A DNA stretch of 64,000 nucleotides from a virus. The stretch lies in IMG/VR virus record IMGVR_UViG_3300008267_000022, positions 1-64,000 of that record; one strand, given 5' to 3'. The translations under genes were made by a program, and so were the position numbers. Every line of letters begins with the position of its first letter. Position 1 is the first letter of the stretch. Below the pieces are notes generated by a model. That model saw only the letters and a list, made by a program, of their open reading frames with translations. It made no database searches and was not told where the DNA came from. Positions 37,262 through 47,646 of the stretch are shown here, one piece after another.

Positions 37262-38112
37262 ATTTGGTTGTTTATAGTTAAAAAATCTTTTAATCCTGCG
37301 TTCCAGAGAACATCTCCAAAACTAATAAATTCTTTTGCTTTTTCAAAATTATATTTAATTGCTTTTAATTTACTTTCATAAAGTTCTTGAGTAAAATACC
37401 CATTACTTATCATTTCTAACAACTTATCAGGAGTATCAAAAAATATAATTCCATCCATATCAAACATTTTTAGATGTTCTTTAGTTTTTATATTCCAATA
37501 TATTGGGATACAACCACACACCATACTGTCTAATATTTTTTCTGAAAAGAAATCTGCATCTTCATTTTCAATTACTAGCTCAAATCGATAATCTTTTGTA
37601 CCATCTACTTTTCTATCCATAGGAGGATTTAGGTAATCTATAGCATTATAATAAGCTGAGTTTGTGTCGTTAAGGATTTTATTTTTTATAGTGTGTCGGA
37701 GTATATGCCCTTCCATAGAATTTTTATTGGAAACAATACTGCTTATATTTTTAATTTTATTGTGTATCTCCCTCCCTTCAGGTATTATAAAGCACCTACT
37801 ACCTCCATTATAATATTTATATTTACTATTCTTAATAACATCTTCTTCATAATGAACAAATACTAAATCAAAATGGTCTAATAAACGTTCTACCATATCA
37901 TGGTTATGGGGGCATAAACTTTTAGGTTCCATAAGAACCGCTATTTTATATTTGTGAGGGGATTCAATTACTCCCTTCCAATAATCTACCCAAATACAAA
38001 TATCTGAAGGTTCTTGGGTCCATTCTATATACTTGCTAGGTACACTAGGGAATATTCCTTTGGTTTCTTCTATTCCGTAGTTTCCTGGGTTGATTAGGTT
38101 AATTTTTTTCAT
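37258..38112 (-). CDS. GT10 (alpha-1,3-fucosyltransferase-like) glycosyltransferase
   Basis: YRFELVIEN...FSEKILD...GCIPIYW. Confidence 0.8.
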   Translation of the reverse strand: MKKINLINPGNYGIEETKGIFPSVPSKYIEWTQEPSDICIWVDYWKGVIESPHKYKIAVLMEPKSLCPHNHDMVERLLDHFDLVFVHYEEDVIKNSKYKYYNGGSRCFIIPEGREIHNKIKNISSIVSNKNSMEGHILRHTIKNKILNDTNSAYYNAIDYLNPPMDRKVDGTKDYRFELVIENEDADFFSEKILDSMVCGCIPIYWNIKTKEHLKMFDMDGIIFFDTPDKLLEMISNGYFTQELYESKLKAIKYNFEKAKEFISFGDVLWNAGLKDFLTINNQI

Positions 38113-39073
38113 ATATGTTGAGCCAATAGTTTATCATTTCATCCATCATGCTTTCAAATGTATAAATGGGTTCCCACCCTAACTCAGTGCGAATCTTTGT
38201 TGAATCTCCTTTTAAGTATGGTAATTCTTCAGGGCGAAGAAATTTTTGGTTTTGGGTAACATGATCTTTATAGTTTAAATCTAATTTTCCAAATACATAT
38301 TCACACATATCTCTTACTGAGCGGGTTTCTCCTGTAGCTACAACCCAGTCTCCTGGTTTGTTTTGTTGTAAGATTAAATGCATAGCACGGACATAATCAT
38401 ATGAATGGCCCCAGTCACGGTATGAATCCATATTTCCTAGTTCTAGTTTATCAACTAAACCAAGTTTAATTTGGACAGCAGTTTTAACTACTTTATTTGT
38501 TACAAAATTTGAACCTCTTCTTGGAGATTCATGGTTAAATAAAATACCATTTGAAGCATGTAGTTTGTAAGCGTTTCTATAATTACGTACAATATTATAC
38601 CCAAATACTTTAGTACATCCATAAGGTGAAACCGGGTTCATAGGTGTAGTTTCACGTTGATACCCATCTGAGTCAACACTACTTCCAAACATTTCTGAGC
38701 TGGATGCTTGGTAAAATTTAGCATTAGGGCAAGAGCGTCTATAAGCTTCTAAAATATTTAAAACTCCTAAAGCATTTGTTTGAGTAGTAAATTGAGGGAT
38801 ATCAAAACTAATCCTAACGTGAGATTGAGCAGCAATATTATATATTTCATCTGGTTGGATTTTATCTAATAGATGCTCAATACTACTTTGGTCTAGTAGG
38901 TCTCCGTAATACACATGGATTTTATCCCTCATTGATTCAATCCTAGACTGTTGATGCTCAGGTACTGAGTTTCTTCTAATTATTCCATGGACTTCATATC
39001 CTAATTCTAGTAGGTACTCTGCTAGGTAGGAACCATCTTGTCCTCCTATGCCTGTAATAAAGGCTTTTTTCAT
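38099..39073 (-). CDS. gmd: GDP-mannose 4,6-dehydratase
   Basis: GQDGSYLAE, AAQSHV, QASSSE, NHESPRRG. Confidence 0.95.
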   Translation of the reverse strand: MKKAFITGIGGQDGSYLAEYLLELGYEVHGIIRRNSVPEHQQSRIESMRDKIHVYYGDLLDQSSIEHLLDKIQPDEIYNIAAQSHVRISFDIPQFTTQTNALGVLNILEAYRRSCPNAKFYQASSSEMFGSSVDSDGYQRETTPMNPVSPYGCTKVFGYNIVRNYRNAYKLHASNGILFNHESPRRGSNFVTNKVVKTAVQIKLGLVDKLELGNMDSYRDWGHSYDYVRAMHLILQQNKPGDWVVATGETRSVRDMCEYVFGKLDLNYKDHVTQNQKFLRPEELPYLKGDSTKIRTELGWEPIYTFESMMDEMINYWLNIYEKN

Positions 39074-39091
39074 GTGTTTAGATTTTATTTT

Positions 39092-39679
39092 TTATTTGAA
39101 TATATTCATCTGAGTCAAATCAGGCCAGTCTTTTACTGACCATTTTCTTGGGGGTGTAGTTTTTGCTTGAGGGAGTTTATCTAGACCTAACTGGGCGGTT
39201 TCTGGGGTCATGTAATAGTGGTATCCGATAGAGGAAATGTTTTGTTCTCTCCAAGGAGTATTTGGGAGCCTACCATCATATGACATTTTTTTCAGTTCAA
39301 TTGCAGCCTTTTTATTATCTAATAAAATCATCCCCCCACGGCCTAAACTTAAATGTTTTTGGTATTGGAAAGATAAACTCATATATGTTTTAGGAATATA
39401 ACTATTTGGTTTCCATAACACTGCAGCATCAATTACATTGCCAGTAACGTAATAATAATCAACCCAGTCTTCATTTTTCCAAAGCAAATCAATCCATAAT
39501 TTATCAGCTAAAAAAGGAATTGATAGGTATGTATTTTTAGGAACCATAATATGATCTGCTAAAGTATATCTTAGACAAAGTTCAACCCCATGAGTACAAC
39601 TATCAACAGCTACAGCATACGGTGCTCCAAAAAATTTAGCAATTTGTTTTTCAAATTCAGTTACTGTATTAAAATTCAT
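39092..39679 (-). CDS. short DegT/DnrJ/EryC1/StrS aminotransferase
   Basis: AVAVDSCT, SFQYQKHL..G.GG. Confidence 0.8.
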   Translation of the reverse strand: MNFNTVTEFEKQIAKFFGAPYAVAVDSCTHGVELCLRYTLADHIMVPKNTYLSIPFLADKLWIDLLWKNEDWVDYYYVTGNVIDAAVLWKPNSYIPKTYMSLSFQYQKHLSLGRGGMILLDNKKAAIELKKMSYDGRLPNTPWREQNISSIGYHYYMTPETAQLGLDKLPQAKTTPPRKWSVKDWPDLTQMNIFK

Positions 39680-40101
39680 TATATATACATTTTTTTCATT
39701 GCAATTCCATTTTTAACAAAACCATTTTTTTCATAGAAACTACTTAAATTATCATCACATAATAATGTTACTCGATAACATCCCTTATTTCTACCTATTT
39801 TTATTAATTCATTTATTAATTCTATACCAATGCCTTTATTTCTTATACTTTTACATACTACAATATCTTCAATATGCCCTGCTAATTCACCTCTAATTTT
39901 ATTTTCTATTATAATACTTCCATAAGCTACAATTTTATCATTTAATAAACCTACAATAGAATTGGATGAAGTATTTTGAGTAAAATTATCCCAACAACCT
40001 TGAATATTCCTAGTTGAATAATCAATCTCAGTTAATTGCTGTAAGAGTAAAAATACACTTTTAAGGTCATGTTGTTGTATACTTCTAAATTGTACCATCA
40101 A
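39679..40101 (-). CDS. GNAT acetyltransferase (GNA1-like)
   Basis: GHIEDIVV..RNKGIG..GCY.V.L.C..FYEK.GF. Confidence 0.85.
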   Translation of the reverse strand: MMVQFRSIQQHDLKSVFLLLQQLTEIDYSTRNIQGCWDNFTQNTSSNSIVGLLNDKIVAYGSIIIENKIRGELAGHIEDIVVCKSIRNKGIGIELINELIKIGRNKGCYRVTLLCDDNLSSFYEKNGFVKNGIAMKKMYI

Positions 40102-40507
40102 TAAAGGTTTTATCTAAAGCTTGTCCTTCGTAAGGGCCTGTTTTGTATTCATAAACTAAAGTATCATCTTCTAAAATTTCATAAGTATGACCTCCTTCTA
40201 AAGTAAAAGAAGCATCACCTGGGAATAATGTTGGGGTGTAGAGTATTTGGTCATCAATGTCATATAGTATACATTTGACTCTACCTTGGATTACTACCCA
40301 ACTTTCTTGGGCTATAACATTTCTAGTTCTTTCCTTCCAGATGTGTTTATGAGGTTTAAAAGTTTTACCTTCTCCCATATTTAAGAGGGCACATTGAATA
40401 AATTGATCCTCAGGAACTACTTCTACTCTCCCCGGAGTTAAATCTTTTTTCCTTACTATTATGTGGAGTAACTTGTCAGGGTCTATTATACTATAAACTT
40501 TTTCCAT
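40085..40507 (-). CDS. cupin-fold protein (WbuC-like)
   Basis: PHKH..QE...GGH...E.K.GPY. Confidence 0.7.
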   Translation of the reverse strand: MEKVYSIIDPDKLLHIIVRKKDLTPGRVEVVPEDQFIQCALLNMGEGKTFKPHKHIWKERTRNVIAQESWVVIQGRVKCILYDIDDQILYTPTLFPGDASFTLEGGHTYEILEDDTLVYEYKTGPYEGQALDKTFIDGTI

Positions 40508-41355
40508 TATTGTAACAACTTATTTAATTTATTAACAACTTCATTATCTTTTAAATATGCATCTAAAGTAATATGGTCATCATTAGGGCTATAATATTTA
40601 GGTCCTAATTTAGGTTCTTCACATTTTTCAATAACTCCATTCCACCCATATAATTGATGAACAAAATCATCAGTTAAAATAGTTTTTGTCCCAACCCCAT
40701 AAGCTAAATTAGCTAACCCACCTTCGGCTCCTATAAAATAATTACAATTTTTTATAATAGAAGCAGTTAAACTATATTCAGATACTGTAAATAAATTAAA
40801 ATCTAATTGGCTAGTACCATTAGGCTTTCCTACTTCGATTAAATATATGTTAGGGTTTTTCTCCAATTCATTTATAATATATGAAATATCTCTTCGTCTA
40901 CCACCATACCCTAAATTAGGGACATTAACTCCAGCTTTATATTCTTCTTCTGTAAACCCAAATGATCTCTCTTCCCAGTTGGATAGCCAAGCAACTATTA
41001 TTTTACCGTGTAATGGTTTAAATAAGTGTTTAACATAATTATCTAATGATGGGTTAGTGTAAATTTTAAAATATGGAGAAGGATTTTTAACACCACATTG
41101 AATTTGGAATTGTTCACATGGGGTTAATTTCCTATGAATAGGTTGTAATTGATGTACTATATCATACTGCTTATTAGGGGCCTCAAGGTATACATTATCA
41201 ATATATGGATCATTTGAAATTAATTCATACGGTTGAACCATATTTAATAAATAATCTACTGTACATCCAGGGTGTTCTTCTTTTAGTTTTTGAGCAATAG
41301 AGCTACCAAAAAGATTATCCCCTATGTAACCTACAGCTTTAATTAATATTTTCAT
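40507..41355 (-). CDS. GT9-like glycosyltransferase
   Basis: IGD..; FIGAEGGLANLAYGVG. Confidence 0.7.
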   Translation of the reverse strand: MKILIKAVGYIGDNLFGSSIAQKLKEEHPGCTVDYLLNMVQPYELISNDPYIDNVYLEAPNKQYDIVHQLQPIHRKLTPCEQFQIQCGVKNPSPYFKIYTNPSLDNYVKHLFKPLHGKIIVAWLSNWEERSFGFTEEEYKAGVNVPNLGYGGRRRDISYIINELEKNPNIYLIEVGKPNGTSQLDFNLFTVSEYSLTASIIKNCNYFIGAEGGLANLAYGVGTKTILTDDFVHQLYGWNGVIEKCEEPKLGPKYYSPNDDHITLDAYLKDNEVVNKLNKLLQ

Positions 41356-41966
41356 TTATTTAAATTTTTATTTATAAAAAGAATATCTTGTTGATGTGAT
41401 CCATGATTATGAGATTCTTCTAATATTTCTTTTAAAGAAAAACCAATATTTTCCATAAATTGTATTACTTCATCATATAAAGGGGCACCTTCATTATATT
41501 GAGTTAAAGAAACTTCTAACAACATCCCTTTTGATTTTTTACAAAGATTTATCCCTCCTGAAATAATATCAAGTTCTGATCCTTGGGTGTCTATTTTAAT
41601 TAGGTCAAATTCTGAGTCAGGGGTAAATAAGTCATCAAGTTTAGTTCCTTGTTGGGGGATTATTTCTAATTGGTCATCTGAATAGAATTGGGTTAGCTCT
41701 TTATAGATAGAATTTCCAGTGCAAGTCGGGTCATTTTTTCTACTGTAAAAGTTATATGTAGAATTATCCTTAGCTAACATTGTTATAGAATAATTTTCAG
41801 TAATACTTTTTAGATATGGTTCACAAGGAGCTGAAGCTTCTACACTAAAAATAAAACTAGATGGGTATGCATTTTTAAATGCTGTATGGAATTGGCCTGC
41901 GTTTGCTCCAATATCTAATACTCTATAAGGATTAAAATATTGTGAGATGATATTAAGGTTTCTCAT
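41352..41966 (-). CDS. FkbM-family methyltransferase
   Basis: LDIGANAG, IKIDTQGSE. Confidence 0.9.
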   Translation of the reverse strand: MRNLNIISQYFNPYRVLDIGANAGQFHTAFKNAYPSSFIFSVEASAPCEPYLKSITENYSITMLAKDNSTYNFYSRKNDPTCTGNSIYKELTQFYSDDQLEIIPQQGTKLDDLFTPDSEFDLIKIDTQGSELDIISGGINLCKKSKGMLLEVSLTQYNEGAPLYDEVIQFMENIGFSLKEILEESHNHGSHQQDILFINKNLNK

Positions 41967-42670
41967 TAGAATAAAATTAAATCATTAATTTTTAACCACC
42001 TAACATTATCCCCAGCACTAAATTCTTCAATAGTACCATTTGTATTTTTATACCCAGAATTTAGAGTTTTATTAATATTTGCTAGTATCATGTGATTATT
42101 TATAAAATCAGGATCATTATCGTCAGGTTTATTATCTTCATGGTATAAACCATAAAATGTACCTTGTTCATTTCGTTTCCATTTATAACCTAATAACCTT
42201 AATCTATCTCTAGTATCATCATCTTCTTTACCCCATCCTATGTAATATGGATTTAATCCATTCATTTTATAAAATAAATCTCTATGTAATACAAATACCC
42301 CACCCGAATGATCTCCTACATCATTTGAAAAATTTCTATAACCTGCTGGGGTGTTGTAGTAGTCTCTGGGTTGGTTGTCGTTATCTAGAAATATTACTTT
42401 CCTAACAGGGTATAGAGGTACATCAGGCTCAGTATCATAGCTAACATCATCAGCAGGGTAATAATCTACATCATGGAATATAAGAAGTTCTCCATTTGCT
42501 TTTTGAGCAGCTAAATTATATAATGAATTTTTTTGGAATTTATCCTTATTATCTTGTTCTGCAATTATTATTTCATATGTTTTGTTTTGAAATAATTCTT
42601 GTAATCTAGGGAGAAGAGTGCTTAAATGTTCCTCTCTATCCCTATAGGATATAATTATGCTATATCTCAT
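41966..42670 (-). CDS. GT7 galactosyltransferase-like protein
   Basis: YRDREEHL, FHDVD, GWGKEDDD. Confidence 0.85.
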   Translation of the reverse strand: MRYSIIISYRDREEHLSTLLPRLQELFQNKTYEIIIAEQDNKDKFQKNSLYNLAAQKANGELLIFHDVDYYPADDVSYDTEPDVPLYPVRKVIFLDNDNQPRDYYNTPAGYRNFSNDVGDHSGGVFVLHRDLFYKMNGLNPYYIGWGKEDDDTRDRLRLLGYKWKRNEQGTFYGLYHEDNKPDDNDPDFINNHMILANINKTLNSGYKNTNGTIEEFSAGDNVRWLKINDLILF

Positions 42671-43521
42671 ATAGTAGAATCAAAATGATTTTTATACTCA
42701 GGTACTCTATCATATTGGTGAACTAAACAAAATGGTTTATCATGTTTAGTTGAATAAACTACTCCATTTTCAAATCGAGCATATTGATTTAAATTATTAA
42801 TTATTGCTCCAATCTGTAAAGCCCATAAATCATTATAATCAACCCATTGACATTTATCTTTTAATAACGTTTGGGTTAAAATATTAAATGAAGGTTGATC
42901 AGCGTGTCCTATATTATTAGACATTAAATATAAAGTTAAACATAAATCTTTACATATAGAAGCAGAACAAGCAAATGTGCCTACATTACATGCTGGGGCT
43001 TTTTTAAGGATATATTCATAAACATATGGTCCATAATTAACTAATGCATTGTTAGTATTCCATGGTTCATTCTCATATAAAATACCCTCAGAAGGTACTA
43101 ATATGTCTTTTACCATGAATTCATTTAGCCACTCTGAAGGGTTGGTTTGGAATATTACATCACGGCCATCAGTAAAAATTACTCTTTCATATGTTAAATC
43201 AGCTTCGGTTTCAACAAAATATTGCCACAAATGGAATAATCTAACATTATGAATTAATTTATTAGCATTTGAAGGATTAACTTGCCCTGAATGCCATACA
43301 AAATTATCTTCATATTCGGCTCTATAAGTATTTTTAGGAGCTAAAATATGGACGCCTAATTCTTTTAGTTTAGTGAGGTAATCATGTTGATCAGGGAAGT
43401 TATAAGCTAATACAAGTATATCACCATTATATGATGTTTTTTTCAATGATATAACCCAATTTTTTATATCTATCCAATTATAATTTTCACTTATAGTAGT
43501 GACTACTAGATCTTTTTTCAT
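42667..43521 (-). CDS. putative glycosyltransferase
   Basis: TDGRDVIFQ, DQ..FN, VHQYDR. Confidence 0.6.
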   Translation of the reverse strand: MKKDLVVTTISENYNWIDIKNWVISLKKTSYNGDILVLAYNFPDQHDYLTKLKELGVHILAPKNTYRAEYEDNFVWHSGQVNPSNANKLIHNVRLFHLWQYFVETEADLTYERVIFTDGRDVIFQTNPSEWLNEFMVKDILVPSEGILYENEPWNTNNALVNYGPYVYEYILKKAPACNVGTFACSASICKDLCLTLYLMSNNIGHADQPSFNILTQTLLKDKCQWVDYNDLWALQIGAIINNLNQYARFENGVVYSTKHDKPFCLVHQYDRVPEYKNHFDSTI

Positions 43522-44141
43522 AACGTATTGTAATAATTGTTTTGTTTTTCTTGGCGCTCTATATTTTTTGGGTGATAAAGAGCAAAGTATTCTACATCTG
43601 GCATAGCTGTGTAGTGTTTAAAGCCATCTAGCCGTTCATGGACTTTGTTTACCCATTTGATTTCAGGTTTATTCTTCCAGATACGCCATTGGTAATCAGG
43701 CCAATTAACCCACCCTTCATCATTTACTCTCCATCCCCATTTTGCAATATGTTCAGGAGTTAAACCTTCTACTGTGTTTACTCTAGGGACTAGAAAAACA
43801 TCAACTTCATTGTTTTCTTCTAATAATTCAGGTAAAACCATTATTAGATTTTCATTCGGAATTTCATCAGCATCAATTTGAAAAATATAATCGCCACTGC
43901 ACAAACTAGTTAATTTATTTTTCCAATCTGCAAAATGACGATTAAATTTTCCTTTATGCCATACGAATTCACCATTTATAGAATGCGTTCGTAGGAATGA
44001 TTCTATCTCCGGGTCACCATTTGCTTCATCATATAATATTACAATGTTGTCTTGTTGTCGTTTGTGTTGAAGCAAAAATCGCACTAAACGTTGAATTTCT
44101 AAAAATTCATTACAAACTGTAATCGCATAACTTATTTTCAT
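43518..44141 (-). CDS. glycosyltransferase family 2
   Basis: IDADE, VHE. Confidence 0.85.
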   Translation of the reverse strand: MKISYAITVCNEFLEIQRLVRFLLQHKRQQDNIVILYDEANGDPEIESFLRTHSINGEFVWHKGKFNRHFADWKNKLTSLCSGDYIFQIDADEIPNENLIMVLPELLEENNEVDVFLVPRVNTVEGLTPEHIAKWGWRVNDEGWVNWPDYQWRIWKNKPEIKWVNKVHERLDGFKHYTAMPDVEYFALYHPKNIERQEKQNNYYNTL

Positions 44142-44146
44142 ATCTT

Positions 44147-44611
44147 TTATTCAGGTAATACTCCAATATAAGAAAGAGCTTCAATATAATCACGCTCTTC
44201 AAAAGATTTCATGTTTTTCATATCCATTCGATATTTCATAAATTCTCCTGGTTTACCTGGGATTGGGTGGTTAAGTCTATCTTCTTCAGGGATTTCAATA
44301 GCTTTTACAGCTGCCCATTTCCAGTCAGAAGCATCACTACCATTAGCAAACACCATTCCTAGTTCAGGTTGATTGATAGTATTTGGAAGCCAAATTAATT
44401 CTGTTTCGGGATCTTTCCAAGCTAAGTCTTTATACAATTCAGGTAATGTTTCTATTTGCTGTTTAAAAAATTCATGATCTTCAGTCATAAATGAATTAGT
44501 CCAAAAACCACAAGACAGACTCATATAATTGTAAATCTCAGGGGCAACCTGTGCTTTGTAGCACAAGTCACCTCCTGATTTAGGGCATGTTATTATTTCT
44601 TCGTGTTGCAT
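44147..44611 (-). CDS. hypothetical protein
   Basis: ORF track. Confidence 0.7.
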   Translation of the reverse strand: MQHEEIITCPKSGGDLCYKAQVAPEIYNYMSLSCGFWTNSFMTEDHEFFKQQIETLPELYKDLAWKDPETELIWLPNTINQPELGMVFANGSDASDWKWAAVKAIEIPEEDRLNHPIPGKPGEFMKYRMDMKNMKSFEERDYIEALSYIGVLPE

Positions 44612-45927
44612 TATAATTCGATTTTATTTAATTTAGGCAATTCAATTTTATTCAATTTAGGTAATTCAACCTTATTTAATTTAGGTAATTGAAGTTGTAC
44701 CTGCTTTGGAAATTCAGGAATTTTTTCTTCAAACAATTCACCTAATTTTTCTTTCATTGCCTCAAATGAGAATTTAGTGCGTGATTGAAAACCTTGTCGT
44801 TTTGCATTTTCAGCATAACCTTTGTAATTTTCAAATACATCTTTTAAATAATGCCCTACGTGACCATAATCTACACTAAACCATTCTGCATCTCCTAATA
44901 ACATATTATTTGCAGCTGATGGGTGCACTTTGGTCATTTGTCCAGGAAGCAATGTAGTAAATTCAGGGTTTAAATAATCAATATGACCACTCCAATTTGT
45001 TGTAATTACTGGTTTATTTACAAGTGAGAATTCAAGTAATGGCCTACCAAATCCTTCACCTTTAGTTAAATTAACCATTGCTTTAACTTTAGAGTGATTA
45101 TAAATCTCATTTATTTCAGCATCAGAAAATTCACCATGAAGTAAGTATACATTAGGAAGATTATTTGATTTAACAGTTTCTCGAATTAATTTAATTCGTT
45201 TAATTATTTCATCTCTATCCATGTATGAAGAAGCTACTGTAGATGTCTTTAAAATTAAAGCTGGTTTTTTAGATTTGTTTTTAAAGGTTTCAAAAAATGC
45301 TTTTATTAATAAACCTACATTCTTTCTATCTTCACCCAATTGACCTTGCATCCAATGTCCTACAAATAAGTAAGCAAAATCTTCTTTTATGCTAGATAAA
45401 TCAAATGTTGATTTTACAGGCTTATAAACATCAGTATTAGCACCTTCAAAAATAACTTCTCCATCTCCAACCCATTCAAGAGCTCCTAATAATCTATTAG
45501 TATTTTGTTCACGTTTTTCAAATTTACTATTTCTTAATACATCAATAGTATGTTTTGAAGAACCTAAAATTAGATTCATTCGTTGGCATCCTTCAATCCA
45601 ATCACCAGGAGCTACAGTTGTTTCAATTCCTGCAGTACATCCGATGTTATATTTCCCTATTGGTTGGAACTCATTTGGAACTGTAATTTGCATCCAAATT
45701 TCAGGTTGAGCAGGTAATTGAGGGTTATTTAATAAATGTTTAGTTAAAAATTCCCATTCAGGATTATCCTTAATAAATCCCCTAGGGGTAGAACCCCATC
45801 GTTGGGACATGATTTTTACATCATATCTATCTAGTTCAATAATCGCTTTAACGATATCGCGAGAACGTGCTCCGTATCCACTATAAGTGTCAATAGGGCA
45901 GCTTATTACAAATGTTGGTTTATCCAT
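44611..45927 (-). CDS. GT4-like glycosyltransferase with C-terminal LPKLNKxE repeats
   Basis: SGYG, RKN, GEGFGRPLLE. Confidence 0.85.
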   Translation of the reverse strand: MDKPTFVISCPIDTYSGYGARSRDIVKAIIELDRYDVKIMSQRWGSTPRGFIKDNPEWEFLTKHLLNNPQLPAQPEIWMQITVPNEFQPIGKYNIGCTAGIETTVAPGDWIEGCQRMNLILGSSKHTIDVLRNSKFEKREQNTNRLLGALEWVGDGEVIFEGANTDVYKPVKSTFDLSSIKEDFAYLFVGHWMQGQLGEDRKNVGLLIKAFFETFKNKSKKPALILKTSTVASSYMDRDEIIKRIKLIRETVKSNNLPNVYLLHGEFSDAEINEIYNHSKVKAMVNLTKGEGFGRPLLEFSLVNKPVITTNWSGHIDYLNPEFTTLLPGQMTKVHPSAANNMLLGDAEWFSVDYGHVGHYLKDVFENYKGYAENAKRQGFQSRTKFSFEAMKEKLGELFEEKIPEFPKQVQLQLPKLNKVELPKLNKIELPKLNKIEL

Positions 45928-45932
45928 GATTA

Positions 45933-47372
45933 TTAATATACAAATGCGTGATTAATTGTGTCTTCTTTAACTTCACTAACGTTGATTAACTCATATTTTT
46001 CTCGTGGAGTCCACGTGTCAAATAATTTATCTATCGCGTTAATTGCTCTAACTCCCATATACTCTCCTGTAAGGCCTGCTTCATTCATTGCCCAATGTCT
46101 TCCTGTTTTACCAAGTTCTTTTCTCATTGTTCTATCTAAAGCATATACTTCAGCAATTCTAGCTGCTGCATCTTCAGCATTACATCTATCATCCCAAATA
46201 TAAGGTGTTTTAGGTGAACCTTGAATTGAGCGATTTGTTGGGTAAACCGGGAATGCCCATGAACCATGATTTTTATAACGGCCTGTATGATTTGAAGGAA
46301 TTTCAGGTGATGGTGTGTACCAATTTCCGTATTCATCTTCAAAACGCATTTGATCTTGCATACCACCCGTTACATTAGCAATAATTACAGTACCTGCTAA
46401 AATTGCTTCTGTTAATGATAATCCCCAACCTTCATTTGAAGTTAACAATATTTGAGCATCTGCTATATTGTAAATAAAATTCAATTGGCTACTATTTAAT
46501 TTATTAACTGAAAAATAAACAGCATTGGGGTAGTCGTGGAATAAAATTCTACGTACTGCTTCTAAATCAGTGCCATGATCACTTACTACTTCAGTATGCA
46601 TTACCATAGCACATTTTTCTGCTTTTTCTTTTGGTAATGTATCTAAAAATAATTTAAAAGCAAGCATTGTATCTGGAATTTGCTTACGTCTAATATTTCT
46701 AGAGTTAAAGAATACAACAAAGTCTTTTTCTTTTCCTCCAAAGATACTATCTTTAAAAGCTTTTAATTCTTTTAATTCATCTTCTTTTTCAATTGGATAA
46801 AAATGGTTTTCATTTAAACCATGAGGAACATATTCAATGATTTTATTCTTAGCTTTTTCACCTAAAACAAGCTCATTAATTAATTTTGTTTGTTTTGAAA
46901 TTGCTAATAATGCATCGCATGATTCATAAAATGCTTTGTTGTACAACGGTGCCGGATAATCATCCCAGATGTTTAAATAAATGATTGGACATTGTTTTCT
47001 AATCTCGTTTTCAATCATAAACAACCATTCAAAATACCTTGGGTCAGTAATTAACATGATAGCATCAGGCTTTTCTACTTCCATTAAGTATCGAATCATT
47101 TCATGATCACCGTAACCATCTATTGGATATAAAAATACAGATGAATCTTCTATACCTGCATTTATATTAGTATCTGCTGATAAATCAAAACGTTTTCCTT
47201 TTTCTGGGTGGTTTAGGGCTCCTGCTAGGTTAATCCAATTGAAATGATGGGCTGTGTTTAGTACTAATTCACGTGCTACTGTAGCTACGCCGGAGTGTAC
47301 TCTAATGTCATCACAAATTAGTAGGATTTTTTTTCGTTCCTTTTGAGGGAGGTAATTGAATTTGTCTTTCAT
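45933..47372 (-). CDS. GT4-like glycosyltransferase
   Basis: VPHG, RNIRRK, NEGWGLSLTEA. Confidence 0.85.
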   Translation of the reverse strand: MKDKFNYLPQKERKKILLICDDIRVHSGVATVARELVLNTAHHFNWINLAGALNHPEKGKRFDLSADTNINAGIEDSSVFLYPIDGYGDHEMIRYLMEVEKPDAIMLITDPRYFEWLFMIENEIRKQCPIIYLNIWDDYPAPLYNKAFYESCDALLAISKQTKLINELVLGEKAKNKIIEYVPHGLNENHFYPIEKEDELKELKAFKDSIFGGKEKDFVVFFNSRNIRRKQIPDTMLAFKLFLDTLPKEKAEKCAMVMHTEVVSDHGTDLEAVRRILFHDYPNAVYFSVNKLNSSQLNFIYNIADAQILLTSNEGWGLSLTEAILAGTVIIANVTGGMQDQMRFEDEYGNWYTPSPEIPSNHTGRYKNHGSWAFPVYPTNRSIQGSPKTPYIWDDRCNAEDAAARIAEVYALDRTMRKELGKTGRHWAMNEAGLTGEYMGVRAINAIDKLFDTWTPREKYELINVSEVKEDTINHAFVY

Positions 47373-47405
47373 ATAACTTTTTAAAATTTAATTTAATATA
47401 AAACT

Positions 47406-47603
47406 TTATTGTTCTGTTTCCAAACTTAAGTCGTTGTGATTGTGAATTTGTTTTCTAAATTCTTCTTCTGTTAAATAAAGGTGAATTGCTCGTTCACTTA
47501 ATTTTTGAAAACTAAATTTTCGTTTAATACACTCAATTTTGAATTTTTCGAATAACTCGTTGTCTATTTTGACACTTGTTAAAACTTGGTTTTTTTCACT
47601 CAT
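47406..47603 (-). CDS. putative ribbon-helix-helix DNA-binding protein
   Basis: TSVKID.ELFEKFK...SFQKL.ERAI..YL. Confidence 0.6.
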   Translation of the reverse strand: MSEKNQVLTSVKIDNELFEKFKIECIKRKFSFQKLSERAIHLYLTEEEFRKQIHNHNDLSLETEQ

Positions 47604-47646
47604 ATGTTTTTAATTTAATATTATCGTATATACATATGGCGGGATA

